DNA of 64,000 nt, taken from assembly GCA_965198225.1 (NCBI GenBank), contig CBDAOY010000008.1, positions 1,056,001 through 1,120,000 on the forward strand, given 5' to 3'. This document shows, piece after piece, positions 62,951 to 64,000 of this stretch (position 1 is the first letter of the stretch; every line of letters starts with the position of its first letter). Origin of the DNA: Terriglobia bacterium. GTDB taxonomy: Bacteria > Acidobacteriota > Terriglobia > 20CM-2-55-15. The position numbers and the translations under genes were made by a program. The notes below the pieces were generated by a model. It was given only the letters and a program-made list of their open reading frames with translations, searched no databases and was not told where the DNA came from.

Positions 62951-64000
62951 TCAGGCGCCAAAGAGAGGGATCCGGAAGACCCGCGCCATGATCAGGATGA
63001 AACTCATCGCCGCGAAGACCACCATACTTGCCCAGCCAAACCAGGTCGCGAAAGTCGACGGGTAGAAAAGGCGGTCCGTCTTGGGAATCACGGTGAAGCA
63101 GTAATACAGGTTCAAGAAGAAAATGACGGGAGCGACGAAAAACGCGAGCGCGGAAGCGACGAGGACCATGAGGACCGGCGCCGTCACACCCGCGATGAGG
63201 GCAGTGGCTGCGAACAGTGAGAAGAACATTGTCGCGCGGTAGATGTTGTACTCCGAATACCAGGTCCGTCGGTGTTCCCTACCCAGGTCCTCGGCAGAGA
63301 TTCCCTGGAGTCGTGCCGTCGGTCGAAACAGGTTGCGACAACAGGCCCCGACGACCCGCGGCCATCCGTCGAAATAGTTCAAAGCGGTCGAAAAGGTTGC
63401 CGCGAAGGAACCGAGGACGAAGACAATCATCATGCTGGGTCCGACGCTGTCGGAAAAGACACGTCCGATTTCGCCGATCACGGCGTTCCCCGAGACTGGA
63501 CTCGGATAAATCCACACCGCGGCCAGGAGGAGGAAGATGCATGCGATCACGAACGACACGATGTGTCCAATCCGAAAATCCCAGAGGCCGATGCGGAACC
63601 ACCGCCGACAGTATTCCAGCGCGTGCGGCGACAAGGCGCCCGTGTCTATGCTCAGGTCTTCCCTGTTCGGCCGGAAGGGATCGAAAGAGTTCGCGATTCC
63701 CTTCTCCTCGAGCAGACTCCGGATCCGGCCCATGCCGACCTTCTTGGCCTTTCCCCACTCCGAGGCTTGAAGCGACACATCGATGCCGGTCGGCAGGAGA
63801 CCCAGAAAAGCGGCGATGACCAGCCAGGACCCCCCGGGAATCTGGACAATGAAGAAGTTCGCCATCGCCGACAGCGGCGCAGGCTGGACCAGGTAGACCG
63901 CCACACTGGAAACGAAAAGCATTCCCGCGAGCACCTTCGAAGCGATTTCGAGCGCCCGGTACTTGCCCGCCAGGATGATCGCCACCGAGATCACTCCCAG
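62951..64000 (-). CDS. NRAMP/MntH-like membrane transporter (5'-truncated by the window edge)
   Basis: Multiple TM helices; GKYRALE, LGLLPT, AATFST...DGWPR. Confidence 0.65.
   Translation of the reverse strand: MGVISVAIILAGKYRALEIASKVLAGMLFVSSVAVYLVQPAPLSAMANFFIVQIPGGSWLVIAAFLGLLPTGIDVSLQASEWGKAKKVGMGRIRSLLEEKGIANSFDPFRPNREDLSIDTGALSPHALEYCRRWFRIGLWDFRIGHIVSFVIACIFLLLAAVWIYPSPVSGNAVIGEIGRVFSDSVGPSMMIVFVLGSFAATFSTALNYFDGWPRVVGACCRNLFRPTARLQGISAEDLGREHRRTWYSEYNIYRATMFFSLFAATALIAGVTAPVLMVLVASALAFFVAPVIFFLNLYYCFTVIPKTDRLFYPSTFATWFGWASMVVFAAMSFILIMARVFRIPLFGA

Overview
GC-rich bacterial chromosomal segment; gene content (Oar-type TonB receptor, DUF1592/DUF1552/ankyrin triad, recO-glyQS-ppdK) suggests Acidobacteriota, but this is an inference. 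Bases 1-9.3k hold core genes. Bases 9.4-28.7k hold a split biosynthetic cluster: a PTPS-IV-type COG0720 protein, RibA fused to a RibD-type reductase, a dehydrogenase, GT4, two methyltransferases, a CDP-alcohol phosphotransferase and a sulfatase-fold membrane protein, ending next to opgG-opgH. This suggests a GTP-derived, lipid-carried decoration of periplasmic glucans and is the top candidate novel system. Next come an IS630, REP/MITE clusters, a TonB receptor, a Fur-ferritin fusion regulator and a degenerate class C group II intron behind a terminator. A ~15 kb island (42888-57805) is integrated in tRNA-Gln(CTG) and duplicates the tRNA 5' half. It carries a pentapeptide-TIR gene, SdpI, KhpA, an ECF/redox module, a GGDEF pseudogene, a secreted LAS-type peptidase, an IS21, an S8 fragment, a possible histone-fold protein and a truncated integrase. 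Many accessory genes have frameshifts or tandem duplications, which may be real decay or assembly error. All product calls come from motif recognition by eye; no database searches were run.
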